A stretch of DNA of 64,000 nt from Mobula hypostoma. Lineage: Eukaryota. How positions within the stretch are numbered: the first letter of the stretch is position 1; each line of letters opens with the position of its first letter. The position numbers were made by a program, and so were the translations under genes. The notes below the pieces were generated by a model, which did no database searches, was not told where the DNA came from, and saw only the letters and a list, made by a program, of their open reading frames with translations. Shown here piece after piece: positions 62,936-64,000 of this stretch. Where the stretch lies: the NCBI RefSeq assembly GCF_963921235.1, contig NC_086108.1, positions 109,556,001 through 109,620,000 of the forward strand, written 5' to 3'.

Positions 62936-64000
62936 CCATAGAATCATAGAACCATAGAAACTAAAGCACAGAAACAGGCCCTTTGGCCCTTCTTGGCTGT
63001 GCCGAACCATTTTCTGCCTAGTCCCACTGACCTGCACACGGACCATAGCCCTCCATACACCTCCCACTGTATCTGTCCAATTTATTCTTAAATGTTAAAA
63101 AAGAACCCGCATTTACCACCTCGTCTGGCAGCTCATTCCATACTCCAACCACCCTCTGTGTGAAGAAGCCCCCCCTAATGTTCCCTTTAAACTTTTCCCC
63201 CCTCACCCTTAACCCATGTCCTCTGGTTTTTTTCTCCCCTTGCCTCAGTAGAAAAAGCCTGCATGCATTCACTCTATCCATACCCATCATAATTTTATAT
63301 ACCTCTATCAAATCTCCCCTCATTCTTCTACGCTCCAGGGAATAAAGTCCTACCTATTCAACCTTTCTCTGTAACTGAGTTTCTCAAGTCCCGGCAACAT
63401 CCTTGTAAACCTTCTCTGCACTCTTTCAACCTTATTTATATCCTTCCTGTAATTTGGTGACCAAAACTGAACACAATACTCCAGATTCGGACTCACAAAT
63501 GCCTTAAAACAACCTCATCATAACATTCCAGCTCTTATACTCAATACTTCGATTAATAAAGGCCAATGTACCAAAAGCTCTCTTTATGACCTTATCTACC
63601 TGTGACGACACTTTTAGGGAATTTTGTATCTGTATTCCCAGATCCCTCTGTTCCACTGCATTCCTCAGTGCCTTACCATTAACCCTGTATGTTCTACCTT
63701 GGTTTGTCCTTCCAACGTGCAATACCTCACACTTGTCAGTATTAAACTCCATCTGCCATTTTTCAGCCCATTTTTCCAGATGGTCCAAGTCCCTCTGCAG
63801 GCTCTGAAAACCTTCCTCACTGTCTACTACACCTCCAATCTTTGTATCATCAGCAAACTTGCTGATCCAATTTACCACATTATCATCCAGATCATTGATA
63901 TAGATGACAAATAACAATGAACCCAGCACTGATCCCTGTGGCACACCACTAGTCACAGGCCTCCACTCAGAGAAGCAATTCTCTACCACCACTCTCTGGC
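62936..64000 (-). mobile_element. CR1 LINE 3' portion, runs off the window
   Basis: ORFs 63504-63992 ([13 protein letters not shown]) and 63018-63323; (accataga)n tail. Confidence 0.95.

Overview
Repeat-saturated vertebrate non-coding DNA (intron or intergenic). The HE1/V-SINE-like and CR1 families suggest a cartilaginous fish, probably a ray; this is an inference. No host gene can be called with confidence, and every long ORF is a decayed transposon ORF. Content: many CR1 LINE fragments, Rex1/Babar-like LINEs and non-autonomous derivatives, L1/Tx1 and RTE 3' ends, tRNA-derived V-SINEs, and RTE-type SINE-like repeats. There are also two Gypsy proviruses (one nearly full length), several solo LTRs, Tc1 MITEs and Neptune-like Penelope (GIY-YIG) elements, often nested in one another. 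The most notable structure is a Penelope system whose 3' end carries a minimal type I hammerhead ribozyme motif (NGTC-CTGAYGA-AGGG..CCY-GAAACGTC-GAC). It occurs as a 2.15-kb fold-back insertion (24111-26259) and as a 219-bp non-coding palindromic mini-element (5247-5465). Both have 14-bp target-site duplications and a 31-37 nt tail on one arm only. A ~750-bp LINE+SINE+unique composite is also duplicated about 6 kb away (26936-27692 and 33079-33827). Boundaries were read by eye and are approximate unless a TSD is quoted.
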